A stretch of 64,000 bases of DNA from Candidatus Saccharimonadales bacterium (GTDB lineage Bacteria > Patescibacteriota > Saccharimonadia > UBA4664 > SCTI01), in assembly GCA_035479795.1 (NCBI GenBank), contig DATIII010000008.1, forward strand, positions 30,487 to 94,486. The letters are read 5' to 3'. Below the pieces are notes generated by a model. It was given only the letters and a program-made list of their open reading frames with translations, did no database searches and had not been told where the DNA came from. Positions 41,624 through 50,904 of this stretch are shown here, in pieces. The position numbers and the translations under genes were made by a program. The stretch's first letter is position 1. Each line of letters begins with the position of its first letter.

Positions 41624-42474
41624 TACTTTTTGGCTTTGGCTTTACCAGGCGTTACCGCGTCGATTTTGGCTGCATCTAAGCCGGCTTCCAGATAGGCTAG
41701 CAACCAAATGATGGCAATGGTTTGAGCGGTTTGAGGGGCCAGTCGATTCTTCACCAATCGCGCCAGCTCACCATTCCACCCATGGTTATAGAATTTGTCG
41801 TACATTTCCAGCTTAGCGATATCACGCGACTCTTCTTTAAAGAACGTAATCGCCCCTACTTGCCGGGCATGGGCCAATTTAACTGGATCGAGCTGGACTT
41901 TAATCTTCTGGGCCAGCAGAGCAGTGGCGACTCCCATTTCAAAGTTAAAATGAGTGGTTAATAAACCCTTGCCACCCCAGATCGCCCAGCCGCGGCGAAC
42001 AGCATCGGCCGGCGTATCGCCCTTACCAACCACCTTGTGTTTAAAAAAGCTGGAACCCGGATTGGGCTCTTTCGATGAATGCTCGGCGATCTTGTCTTCT
42101 AGGGGAAAATGATGGGCCGGCGTTAGGCCGTCACAAATGTAATGAGCCATCCAAGAAGCTTCGAATGCAGCGCGTACATTGTCGCCATTCTTTAAAGCCG
42201 CCACCAGTTGAGTGTAATGACCTTTTATATGATCTGGGATTGGACCAACATCGGTCACCGGATTATAGAGATGGCTGGGTTCGTGCTTCCCTGGGGATTT
42301 AACTTTTAATCCATCCGGACCATTAATACCTTCAAAGTGCAGTATCTGACGCAACGTCGGGAAGGTGCCGTCGGCAAAATAAGGCGAGGCAACCCTGTAG
42401 GCCGCCATATCAAAACGCTGGTGAACGCCGATGGCAGCCACGGTTTTGCGAGATGAAATAAAGCCTGAGTACAT
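41623..42474 (-). CDS. Hypothetical protein, possible Zn-dependent phospholipase C/P1-nuclease-like fold
   Basis: GVHQ...GPD...H...AHYICDGLTPAHH...HFNFE metal-ligand-like pattern. Confidence 0.55.
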   Translation of the reverse strand: MYSGFISSRKTVAAIGVHQRFDMAAYRVASPYFADGTFPTLRQILHFEGINGPDGLKVKSPGKHEPSHLYNPVTDVGPIPDHIKGHYTQLVAALKNGDNVRAAFEASWMAHYICDGLTPAHHFPLEDKIAEHSSKEPNPGSSFFKHKVVGKGDTPADAVRRGWAIWGGKGLLTTHFNFEMGVATALLAQKIKVQLDPVKLAHARQVGAITFFKEESRDIAKLEMYDKFYNHGWNGELARLVKNRLAPQTAQTIAIIWLLAYLEAGLDAAKIDAVTPGKAKAKK

Positions 42475-42489
42475 TATGCTCCCAAAATT

Positions 42490-44529
42490 TTAGTCGAGAG
42501 ACGTTACGCTTTTAAGGCGATTTATCCGCTCGACAACTTGAGGATATTGTAGCATGTCAGATTTGGACGTCACAAAGTCTTCGGCTGCGGCGCGTACAGC
42601 GGCCACCAGCCGACTGTCACCTAGATCCGCCATATCAAGCTCCAACATACCGTGCTGCCGACGACCATAAATCTGACCCGGACCACGTAATTCGAGATCG
42701 ATCTGAGCCAGCCGAAAACCGTCGTGCGTCCGCTCCAGCGCCTGTAGCCGCTCAACCACTCCCGGCGCAGTTGAATCACTAGCCACCATACAGTAAGAAC
42801 GATGCTCACCGCGTCCGACCCGCCCCCGCAACTGGTGCAAGGCCGCTAAGCCAAAGCGTTCGGCCCCCTCTATGAGCATGATGGTGGCATTGGGCACATC
42901 AATGCCCACCTCTATGACACTGGTGGCGACCAAGATATTGATTTCGCCTGCCGCAAACTTCTGCATGATCTCGTCGCGCTCGGGCGCCTTCATCCGCCCA
43001 TGCATGACCGCAATGGAGCGTCTCGCAAATGGCCCGGCCTTGAGTCGCTCGGCCTCGGCCGTTACGCTTTTGGCACCCGTCAGATCCGAGTCTTCAATCA
43101 GCGGACAAACCACAAACACCTGGCGGCCGCTCGAGATTTGTTTGTTAATAAAGTCGTACATTAGCTCACGATCTTTAGGCTGAATAACTTTAGTACCAAT
43201 CGGCTGCCGGCCAGGCGGCAGTTCGTCGATAACCGACAGATCAAGGTCGCCGTAGACCGTCAGAGTCAAGCTACGTGGAATGGGCGTGGCCGTCATACTC
43301 AAAAGATGCGGCAGATGGCCGGCTTTTTGTTTCAAGGCCTGGCGTTGCTCCACGCCAAAGCGGTGTTGTTCGTCAATAACAACCAAACCGAGATTTTTGA
43401 ACTTAACTTGTTCGCTAACCAGTGCATGCGTCCCGATCATCAGTTGGGCGCTGCCATTGGCTGCGGCGTCTAGAGCTTGCTGCTTAGCGGCGGCCGGTAA
43501 GCGGCCAAGCAGCAGCTCCGATTTGATGCCAAGTTTTTTCAGTAAGGGAGCTAGCTTCTGGAAATGCTGACGCGCCAGAATATCCGTTGGCACCATCAGG
43601 GCTGCCTGATAGCCGCTGGCAATGGCCATGGCGGCGGCTAAGATTGCCACCATGGTTTTACCAGACCCCACATCGCCTTCGAGCAGTCGGTTCATTGGCT
43701 GCTCGCCGGCCATATCATTAAGAATCTGCCAAGCCGCTTGACGCTGACCATTGGTCAGCTCAAAGTCGAGAGCACCAGTGAATCGCCTAGCCTCAGCCAC
43801 GTCCAGCTTAACCTTGGGTGCCGGCTCAGTTTTAATTTCGTGCTTGATCGCCAAGCTGGCCGCGATAATAAAAAACAGCTCCTCAAAGCCCAACCGGTAC
43901 CTGGCCTTGCGCATCGAATCTTCGCTAGAAGGAGCATGCACCTCTTTGACAGCCTCGGCTCGAGACATTAGCTTGGCTTTTTTAACCACTTGCTCTGGCA
44001 AAACCTCTGGCAGATCATCAGTTAGGTTCAGTAGCGGCATTATTAAATTTCGTAGTTGTTTGGAAGTCAGCCCTTCGGTCTCTGGGTAAACCGCGACAAT
44101 CCGGCCGGTGTGTTTAGACTCCCCGCCCTCATCCTTTTCGATAGCTGGAGTCTGCAGAGCCAGATCACTATTTCGAAACTCCAGCTTACCCGAAACCATA
44201 ACGGGCGTCCCGGGCGGGAACTGGCGCACTAAAAACGGCTGATTAAACCAAACAGCCTTGGCCGTACCGGTGGCATCACTAATAATGGCTTCGGTAATAC
44301 TTAGCCGGCGGTTGCGCCCACGGCGGCTGGCAATCTGAGCAACCTGCCCGCGGAAGGTGACCGGACCGGGCTTCATCGACCTGATCGGGATAATTTGGGA
44401 GAAGTCTTCGTAGCGCCGCGGAAAATGATTAAGCAGGTCGCCAACCGCCTTTATACCTAAGCGCTCTAGTTTGGCAGCCATAGTCGGGCCAACGCCACCC
44501 AGCGTTTCCACCCGCACGTTTAAGTTCAT
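42490..44529 (-). CDS. recG: ATP-dependent DNA helicase RecG
   Basis: GDVGSGKT, DEQHRFG, MTATPIPR, LHQLRGRVGRG. Confidence 0.97.
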   Translation of the reverse strand: MNLNVRVETLGGVGPTMAAKLERLGIKAVGDLLNHFPRRYEDFSQIIPIRSMKPGPVTFRGQVAQIASRRGRNRRLSITEAIISDATGTAKAVWFNQPFLVRQFPPGTPVMVSGKLEFRNSDLALQTPAIEKDEGGESKHTGRIVAVYPETEGLTSKQLRNLIMPLLNLTDDLPEVLPEQVVKKAKLMSRAEAVKEVHAPSSEDSMRKARYRLGFEELFFIIAASLAIKHEIKTEPAPKVKLDVAEARRFTGALDFELTNGQRQAAWQILNDMAGEQPMNRLLEGDVGSGKTMVAILAAAMAIASGYQAALMVPTDILARQHFQKLAPLLKKLGIKSELLLGRLPAAAKQQALDAAANGSAQLMIGTHALVSEQVKFKNLGLVVIDEQHRFGVEQRQALKQKAGHLPHLLSMTATPIPRSLTLTVYGDLDLSVIDELPPGRQPIGTKVIQPKDRELMYDFINKQISSGRQVFVVCPLIEDSDLTGAKSVTAEAERLKAGPFARRSIAVMHGRMKAPERDEIMQKFAAGEINILVATSVIEVGIDVPNATIMLIEGAERFGLAALHQLRGRVGRGEHRSYCMVASDSTAPGVVERLQALERTHDGFRLAQIDLELRGPGQIYGRRQHGMLELDMADLGDSRLVAAVRAAAEDFVTSKSDMLQYPQVVERINRLKSVTSLD

Positions 44530-45692
44530 TACTTAACCTTGAGTTTGACGAAGCGGCGTTTGCCCACCTGGATTACGTCGCCGCTTTTAACCTTAAGTCC
44601 AGCCTCGGCAACGGTTTTGTCGTTATGACGTACGCCGTTTTGAGCTATCAGTCGCCTGGCCTCCGACTTGCTTTCGGCGAGCTTGAGACCGACTAGCAAT
44701 TCAACCGGATCCCAATCTTTTTTATCAACTACCTGCTCGTCCATATCTTCGGGCTTATGACCCTCGCGAAACTGTCGGTTAAAGGCAGCTTCAGCAGCTT
44801 CAGCAGCGGCATCGCCATGGTATATGCGCACAACCTCGCGGGCCAGCGAAGCCTTGGTGTCTCTAGGGTTGACTCCCGCTGCCAGATCCCTCACCACCTC
44901 CTTAATCACGGCCTCATCCACATCCGTACAAACACGGTAGTATTGCTCAATTAGCTGATCTTTGATGGCCATTATTTTCCCAAACATGTCAGCCGGCGCG
45001 TCAGTAATGTAGATAGTGTTACCCCAAGAGGTCGACATCTTTCGTCCATCAGCGCCCTCAAGCAGATCAAAGGTCAGCACGTTCTGGGGATCTTGGCCGT
45101 AGTATTTCTGCACCGTTCGTCCAGCCATCAGGTTGAAGAGTTGGTCGGTGCCGCCAATCTCCACATCCGCCTTGACTGCCACCGAGTCATAGCCCTGCAA
45201 GATGGGATAGAGGAATTCGTGCAAGCCGATTGGTTTCTTTTCTTTAAACCTCAGGGCGTAGTTCTCTCGCTCGATCATCTGGGCCACCGTAAACTGCTGA
45301 GCCAGCGCGATAATCTCATCAAACGGCAGCTTAGACAGCCATTCCGAGTTATGGCGAAGCTCCACCTTATCCATATCCAGAATCTGGCCGAGTTGGGTAT
45401 TATAGTCGGCCATATTAGCCTTAATCTGCTCGGCACTCAGTGGCTGCCGTTCGCTGGTCTTGTCAGAGGCGTCCCCGATGCGAGCTGTAAAATCACCAAT
45501 AATCAAAACGATTTGGTGCCCCATATCTTGCAGATTTTTCAGCCGGCGGATGGTCGATGCGCGACCCAAATGCAGCACCGGCCCGGTGGGATCAATGCCA
45601 AATTTAACCCGTAGCTTTTGGCCATCGAGCTTGGCTTCGAGGTCCTTTTTAACAACGGCGTCATGAGCGCGCCCGAGCAGCATGGCTTTCAT
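44529..45692 (-). CDS. tyrS: Tyrosine-tRNA ligase (probable start MKAML)
   Basis: GIDPTG..LHLGR, YPILQGYD, GGTDQLFN, KMSTS, C-terminal S4 domain. Confidence 0.95.
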   Translation of the reverse strand: MKAMLLGRAHDAVVKKDLEAKLDGQKLRVKFGIDPTGPVLHLGRASTIRRLKNLQDMGHQIVLIIGDFTARIGDASDKTSERQPLSAEQIKANMADYNTQLGQILDMDKVELRHNSEWLSKLPFDEIIALAQQFTVAQMIERENYALRFKEKKPIGLHEFLYPILQGYDSVAVKADVEIGGTDQLFNLMAGRTVQKYYGQDPQNVLTFDLLEGADGRKMSTSWGNTIYITDAPADMFGKIMAIKDQLIEQYYRVCTDVDEAVIKEVVRDLAAGVNPRDTKASLAREVVRIYHGDAAAEAAEAAFNRQFREGHKPEDMDEQVVDKKDWDPVELLVGLKLAESKSEARRLIAQNGVRHNDKTVAEAGLKVKSGDVIQVGKRRFVKLKVK

Positions 45693-45781
45693 GATTTTCA
45701 TCATACCATAGGGGATACAACGCCCTCCGAGCGTAAGAACTTAGGCTTGGCGCCGTGGATGCCGCTCTATATAATATGGTC

Positions 45782-48508
45782 ATGGCAAAACGTCGCGTTA
45801 TTCGCGGGGGAACAAAGGGTCTAAAAGCCAGCATTAAGCGGTTTTTAACCTCATTTACACCAAACGGCTTCAAGCGCTATTGGTTGAATGCTGATGGCGC
45901 GCGGCGCTTCGGCAAGATTGCTGGTATGGGAGCCCTACTGGTCTTCTTAGTATTCCTGTACTTCGCCAAGGACCTGCCCAGCCCTGGAAAGATTAATGCT
46001 CGCATTGGATCGCAAAATACCGAATTCTACGACCGCACCGGCAAGGTGAAGATCTACGAAGTCCACGGCGATAAAAACCGTCGGGTCATACCGTTTAATG
46101 ACATCCCGAAAAATGTTAAAGATGCCACCATTGCCATCGAGGATCGGAACTTCTACAAGCACGGCGCCTTTAGCCCACTCGGAATCTTGCGAGCGGCCTT
46201 TGTCGACGTGACTAGTCGCGGTGTGCACCAAGGTGGTTCAACAATTACGCAGCAGTATGTCAAAAATGCCTTGCTCGACCCGACCGATCGATCATTCACC
46301 CGCAAAATCAAAGAGCTGATCCTTTCGATGGAAATGGAGGCGCTCTATAAAAAAGATGACATTCTCAAGCTCTACCTAAATGAGATTCCCTATGGCAACC
46401 AAGCTTACGGTATTGAGTCGGCTTGTCGCACCTATTTTCCAGAGAACACCAAGGATGATAAATGTGCGGCCAACCTAACCCTGCGCCAAGCCACCATGTT
46501 GGCAGCCATTCCCAACCTACCCACCTATTACTCTCCTTACGGTCTCCACCAAGATGCCCTAGTGGGCCGCCAAAACCATATCCTTGATCTAATGGTTGAG
46601 CAAAAGATGCTTTCTAAAGGCGAGGCCCAGGGTGCCAAGGTGAGTGTGGCCACCTTGGCCAGCGATACCAGCTTGGCTGCTCGGCCACATACCCAGACCG
46701 CCACCAGCCCGTATCCCCACTTCGCCCAGTACGCCGAAGATTTTCTGATCAATAAATATAATTCCAACATCGTTGAAAACGGCGGTCTTAAGGTGATAAC
46801 CACCCTCGACCTGGATAAGCAAAAGCTGGCGCAGGACGCCGTTAATCGCGGCATGCGCAATGTGCGGGCACTGGGTGGATCGAATGTGGCCCTGGTTTCA
46901 GCCGATCCCAAAACCGGTCAAGTCCTAGCCATGCTTGGCTCCTATGATGCCAACGACCCAGATTTCGGCGCGTTTAATGTAGCCCTGGCTAATCGTCAGC
47001 CAGGATCGAGCTTTAAGCCCTTCGTTTATTCCACGGCTTGGGCCCAGAATAAAAATGGCTGCGCCACTGTAACCGCCTATTGCCCAACCTGGGGACCAGG
47101 TTCAACCATTTATGATGTGCCGACCGACTTTGGTGGCGGCTACAAGCCTAAAAACTTTGCCGGCCATAACTTTGGTGTCCAATCGATGCGCACAGCTCTG
47201 GACGGTTCGCTTAATATCCCAGCCGTCAAAACGCTCTACATTGCCGGTGTGGCTAACTCGATTAAAACCGCCCATTCGCTGGGAATCACCACCTTAAACG
47301 ACAATCCCGGTGACTACGGCCTCAGTTTGGTGCTGGGTTCTGGCGAGGTGAAACTCAACGACATGGTGAATGCCTACGAAAGCTTTGCCAACACCGGCGT
47401 GCACTACGAGGCGACACCGATATTGAAAGTTACTGATCCGCACAATCGCACGTTGGAAGACAATTCCAAACCAAAGTCGAAGCGAGTGCTTGATCAGCAG
47501 ATCGCCTATTTGATGGCCAATGTTCTGAGTGACAACAAGTCTCGAGCCTTTGTGTTTGGATCGAACAACCCCTTAAACATCCCTGGACGTCATGTAGGTG
47601 CTAAAACTGGAACAACCGAACTCTTTAACGACGCCTGGACCATGGGCTTTTCGCCCGACCTAGTAACGGGCGTCTGGTCCGGCAATAACAATAATAAGCC
47701 GATGTCCAGCCAGGCCGCCAACATTGCAGCCCCAATCTGGAATGACTACATGCGTAACGCTCTGAAAGACTACCCGGTAGATAGCGACTTTGCGAAACCA
47801 TCCGGCATAAAGACGGTTACTCTAGATTCTAATACCGGTAAGCTCCCCGGCCCCAACACCAAGTCGACTCGAACCGACATTTTTCCAAGCTGGTACAAAC
47901 CAGAAAATACGGCTGGCAGTCGCACCGCCAATGTCGATAAAGTCTCCGGCAAGTTGGCCACCAGCTGTACTCCCCCGGGCGCGGTTGAAAGCCGTACTTC
48001 TTCAGAAATGCATGCCGAACTGGCGCCCACCGACCCATCCTACTCGCGCTGGGAGGCGCCTATAGCCGCCCTGGCCAAGACCCTTGGTTATGATGCAGGT
48101 GGTGCGCTACCAACGGATAATGACGATGTCCACCATTGCGACGATATTAAGCCGACGGTCAAGGTAAAGTCCACAGATTCTAGCCCGTCGGGGACCTTCA
48201 GTATCAAGGCCGATGTCACCTCTGGCACCTTCCCGGCCAACAATTTAACGATCTACAGCGATGATCAGGTAATCTCCACGCAAGCCATTAGCGGCAGTAC
48301 CAGCTACTCATTTGAATACGCCGCGCCGGCTGGTAGCCATACGATCAAGGCTGTAGTAACCGATACGGGACTGTATAGCGGCGATGACGAGACAACTTTG
48401 ACTTCAACGGGTGCCAGTTCTGGGGGTGCTGGCGGAACCACTGGGTTTCGTTGGCCTGACGCCCGCAAATGGATCCCAGTTCTCTCCCACCTCAGCTATT
48501 ACATTTAG
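45782..48508 (+). CDS. Class A penicillin-binding protein (transglycosylase + transpeptidase); C-terminus probably continues in the +1 frame to 48683
   Basis: EDRNFYKH, GGSTITQQ, RKIKE; SSFK, SLN and KTG motifs. Confidence 0.93.
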   Translation: MAKRRVIRGGTKGLKASIKRFLTSFTPNGFKRYWLNADGARRFGKIAGMGALLVFLVFLYFAKDLPSPGKINARIGSQNTEFYDRTGKVKIYEVHGDKNRRVIPFNDIPKNVKDATIAIEDRNFYKHGAFSPLGILRAAFVDVTSRGVHQGGSTITQQYVKNALLDPTDRSFTRKIKELILSMEMEALYKKDDILKLYLNEIPYGNQAYGIESACRTYFPENTKDDKCAANLTLRQATMLAAIPNLPTYYSPYGLHQDALVGRQNHILDLMVEQKMLSKGEAQGAKVSVATLASDTSLAARPHTQTATSPYPHFAQYAEDFLINKYNSNIVENGGLKVITTLDLDKQKLAQDAVNRGMRNVRALGGSNVALVSADPKTGQVLAMLGSYDANDPDFGAFNVALANRQPGSSFKPFVYSTAWAQNKNGCATVTAYCPTWGPGSTIYDVPTDFGGGYKPKNFAGHNFGVQSMRTALDGSLNIPAVKTLYIAGVANSIKTAHSLGITTLNDNPGDYGLSLVLGSGEVKLNDMVNAYESFANTGVHYEATPILKVTDPHNRTLEDNSKPKSKRVLDQQIAYLMANVLSDNKSRAFVFGSNNPLNIPGRHVGAKTGTTELFNDAWTMGFSPDLVTGVWSGNNNNKPMSSQAANIAAPIWNDYMRNALKDYPVDSDFAKPSGIKTVTLDSNTGKLPGPNTKSTRTDIFPSWYKPENTAGSRTANVDKVSGKLATSCTPPGAVESRTSSEMHAELAPTDPSYSRWEAPIAALAKTLGYDAGGALPTDNDDVHHCDDIKPTVKVKSTDSSPSGTFSIKADVTSGTFPANNLTIYSDDQVISTQAISGSTSYSFEYAAPAGSHTIKAVVTDTGLYSGDDETTLTSTGASSGGAGGTTGFRWPDARKWIPVLSHLSYYI

Positions 48509-48679
48509 CTGGAGTGCTTTCGGGGGGTCATACACCCTTATTATTACCGGTCCAGATGATAAGAATGTATCAACCGGTTCCAATTCTTACACCTGGACGG
48601 GCGTCCACTCTAAAGGAAGTTACAGTTGGCGGGTCACATCGAGGGGTAAATCAACACCGACCTACCACTTTTCAATTCA

Positions 48680-49513
48680 TTAAGCGTCTAGTTGGTGACC
48701 GTTGGTTAGCTCGACCAGGCTGGATTCGAGCTGCTTGGTAGTTGAGGGCCGGCGTGAATGGCTGCGCTTCGGCTTTCCTGGTCTGTCTGTCTTTGCGCTT
48801 TGATTATTCGGGCTTCGAGTCGGCCTGACTTTTGAATCTCGCTGGGCGTCCTTTGTAACTTTAGGCTTTAGATGTTCAGACTTGGGCTTAGGCACGTCTT
48901 TGGATTGCCTTGAACTCGGCTGATTAATAGGAACGGCGAACAGCATCTTACCGGCCACGGTCTGAAAAACCCGAGTGATTTCGGTGTCGACATCTTGGCC
49001 GATGAGCTTATCACCCTTGTCCACCACAATCATGGTGCCGTCGGTCAGATAGCCCACTCCTTGGTTTTTCTCCTTACCCGGCTGGACCACCCTTACCATC
49101 ATGCGCTCGCCAGGTAGAACAACCGGGCGGACGGCATTGGCCAGCTCATTGATGTTTAAAACCCGAACACCTTCGATCGAAGCCACCCGGTTGAGGTTGT
49201 AGTCAGTGGTCAGGATGTGAGCACCCAGAATCCGGCCCAAGCGGACCAGCTTATGATCGACTTCGGCAATCTCGGGCACATCGTCTTCAATTATTTCCAT
49301 TTCCACACCTTTGGTCTCACGGATGGAGGTCAGGGTCTCTAGGCCGCGGCGGCCGCGACTGCGCCGCATAGCATCGGCTGAGTCGGCAATGTTTTGGAGC
49401 TCGGCCAGGACAAACCGGGGCACGAGCAATTTGCCGGGAACAAACCCAGCCTTGGCGATATCGCCGATCCGACCATCAATAATAACTGATGTATCGACTA
49501 ATATTGGTTGCAA
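48680..49513 (-). CDS. PIN/TRAM-domain protein (YacL-like, without the N-terminal TM part)
   Basis: [36 protein letters not shown]; lies downstream of clpC-radA as in Firmicutes. Confidence 0.88.
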   Translation of the reverse strand: MQPILVDTSVIIDGRIGDIAKAGFVPGKLLVPRFVLAELQNIADSADAMRRSRGRRGLETLTSIRETKGVEMEIIEDDVPEIAEVDHKLVRLGRILGAHILTTDYNLNRVASIEGVRVLNINELANAVRPVVLPGERMMVRVVQPGKEKNQGVGYLTDGTMIVVDKGDKLIGQDVDTEITRVFQTVAGKMLFAVPINQPSSRQSKDVPKPKSEHLKPKVTKDAQRDSKVRPTRSPNNQSAKTDRPGKPKRSHSRRPSTTKQLESSLVELTNGHQLDA

Positions 49514-49525
49514 GTATTATTTCTC

Positions 49526-50869
49526 CTATGGCGTCTTGATGGCGGCTTCGACGGCGCTGGCCACGGTTTTAACCGAGCTCAGGCCTTCCGTTTGCTTAGC
49601 ACTGGGGCCAACGGCGTAGCGGAAGCCTAAATTTTTGGCTTCCTTAAGCCGCCCAGACACATTATTAACGGACCTGATTTCTCCGCTTAAGCCAACTTCG
49701 CCGAATGCAATTAGATTATGGGCAACCGGTACATTTTTGTACGCAGAGGCGATTGCCAAAATGATAGCAAGGTCGGCAGCTGGTTCGCTGATCTTCAGAC
49801 CGCCTACGATATTAACATAAATATCTTGATCTGACAAGTTGAGGCTGGCGCGCTTTTGGAGTACCGCCACCAGTAGATTCAACCGGTTGAGGTCGAAGCC
49901 GGCCGCCGTTCGCTTGGGATAGCCAAAGGCTGTTTTGGACACCAAGGCTTGGACTTCCACTAAGATTGGACGGGTCCCTTCAACCGTAGCCAAGACCACC
50001 GAGCCTGGTGCCTCCTGGCGCTCGGCCAGCAGGGCGGCTGACGGATTTGGAACCGGCTGCAGACCCTTGTCGGTCATCTCAAAAATGCCGACTTCACTGG
50101 TGGAGCCAAACCGGTTTTTGATACCGCGCAGCGCCTTAAAGGCCCCATAGCGATCACCTTCTAAATAGAGAACCACATCAACCAAATGCTCCAAAATCTT
50201 CGGTCCAGCGATGCTACCCTCCTTGGTCACATGCCCAATAATCAGGAGTGACACATGGCGCTGCTTGGCCACCCGCTGCAGTATTTGAGCACTGGCTGTG
50301 ATCTGTCCCACCGTCCCTGGGCTGCCCGTCAGTGAGTCTACCGCCATGGTCTGAATTGAGTCAATGATAACCAGTTGGTAGTCGTTTTGTTCGATCGTCG
50401 CCGCAATAGTGTCGACATTTGTCTCCGCTAGTAGCTCCAGGCCAGGAGAATCGACCCCTAATCTGTCACCACGCAGTTTAATTTGGCTGGCAGACTCCTC
50501 GCCACTGACGTACAGCACACGCCCAGACTGCCCAATCATAGCTGCAAGTTGCAAAGTAATCGTCGACTTGCCAATCCCCGGGTCGCCAGAAAGCAACATA
50601 ACTGAACCTGGTACTATTCCGCCACCCAAAACTTGATCCACCTCATTTATGCCGCAAGGTACCCTCGACTGTTGGCGGGCTGCCACATCGGTTAACTTTT
50701 CAGGTTTGGCCGCCTGTGCCGCTGAACGTTTTGAATGCCCAGCCGAAGATGCAGCCGTCTGCGTTTCTACCAAAGAATTCCAGGCGCCGCAGTCATCGCA
50801 TTTCCCGCTCCACTTCGGACGGGTGGCACCACAGCTCTGGCAGACAAATTGAGTACTAACTTTGGGCAT
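49526..50869 (-). CDS. radA: DNA repair protein RadA/Sms
   Basis: C4 Zn finger, GDPGIGKST, KNRFG. Confidence 0.97.
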   Translation of the reverse strand: MPKVSTQFVCQSCGATRPKWSGKCDDCGAWNSLVETQTAASSAGHSKRSAAQAAKPEKLTDVAARQQSRVPCGINEVDQVLGGGIVPGSVMLLSGDPGIGKSTITLQLAAMIGQSGRVLYVSGEESASQIKLRGDRLGVDSPGLELLAETNVDTIAATIEQNDYQLVIIDSIQTMAVDSLTGSPGTVGQITASAQILQRVAKQRHVSLLIIGHVTKEGSIAGPKILEHLVDVVLYLEGDRYGAFKALRGIKNRFGSTSEVGIFEMTDKGLQPVPNPSAALLAERQEAPGSVVLATVEGTRPILVEVQALVSKTAFGYPKRTAAGFDLNRLNLLVAVLQKRASLNLSDQDIYVNIVGGLKISEPAADLAIILAIASAYKNVPVAHNLIAFGEVGLSGEIRSVNNVSGRLKEAKNLGFRYAVGPSAKQTEGLSSVKTVASAVEAAIKTP

Positions 50870-50904
50870 AGATTAAATCTACCACAAAGCGAACAAAAAG
50901 CGAA

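Noticed and set aside
44529-45692. TyrS HLGR and KMSTS variants of HIGH/KMSKS as signs of inactivation
   Set aside because: All other TyrS motifs are intact, and such signature variation is within the range known for class I synthetases.
50887-50904. Short direct repeats (AAAGCGAAC twice; also AGCCGAAC twice near 21301-21319)
   Set aside because: Too short and only two copies each; no support for a function.
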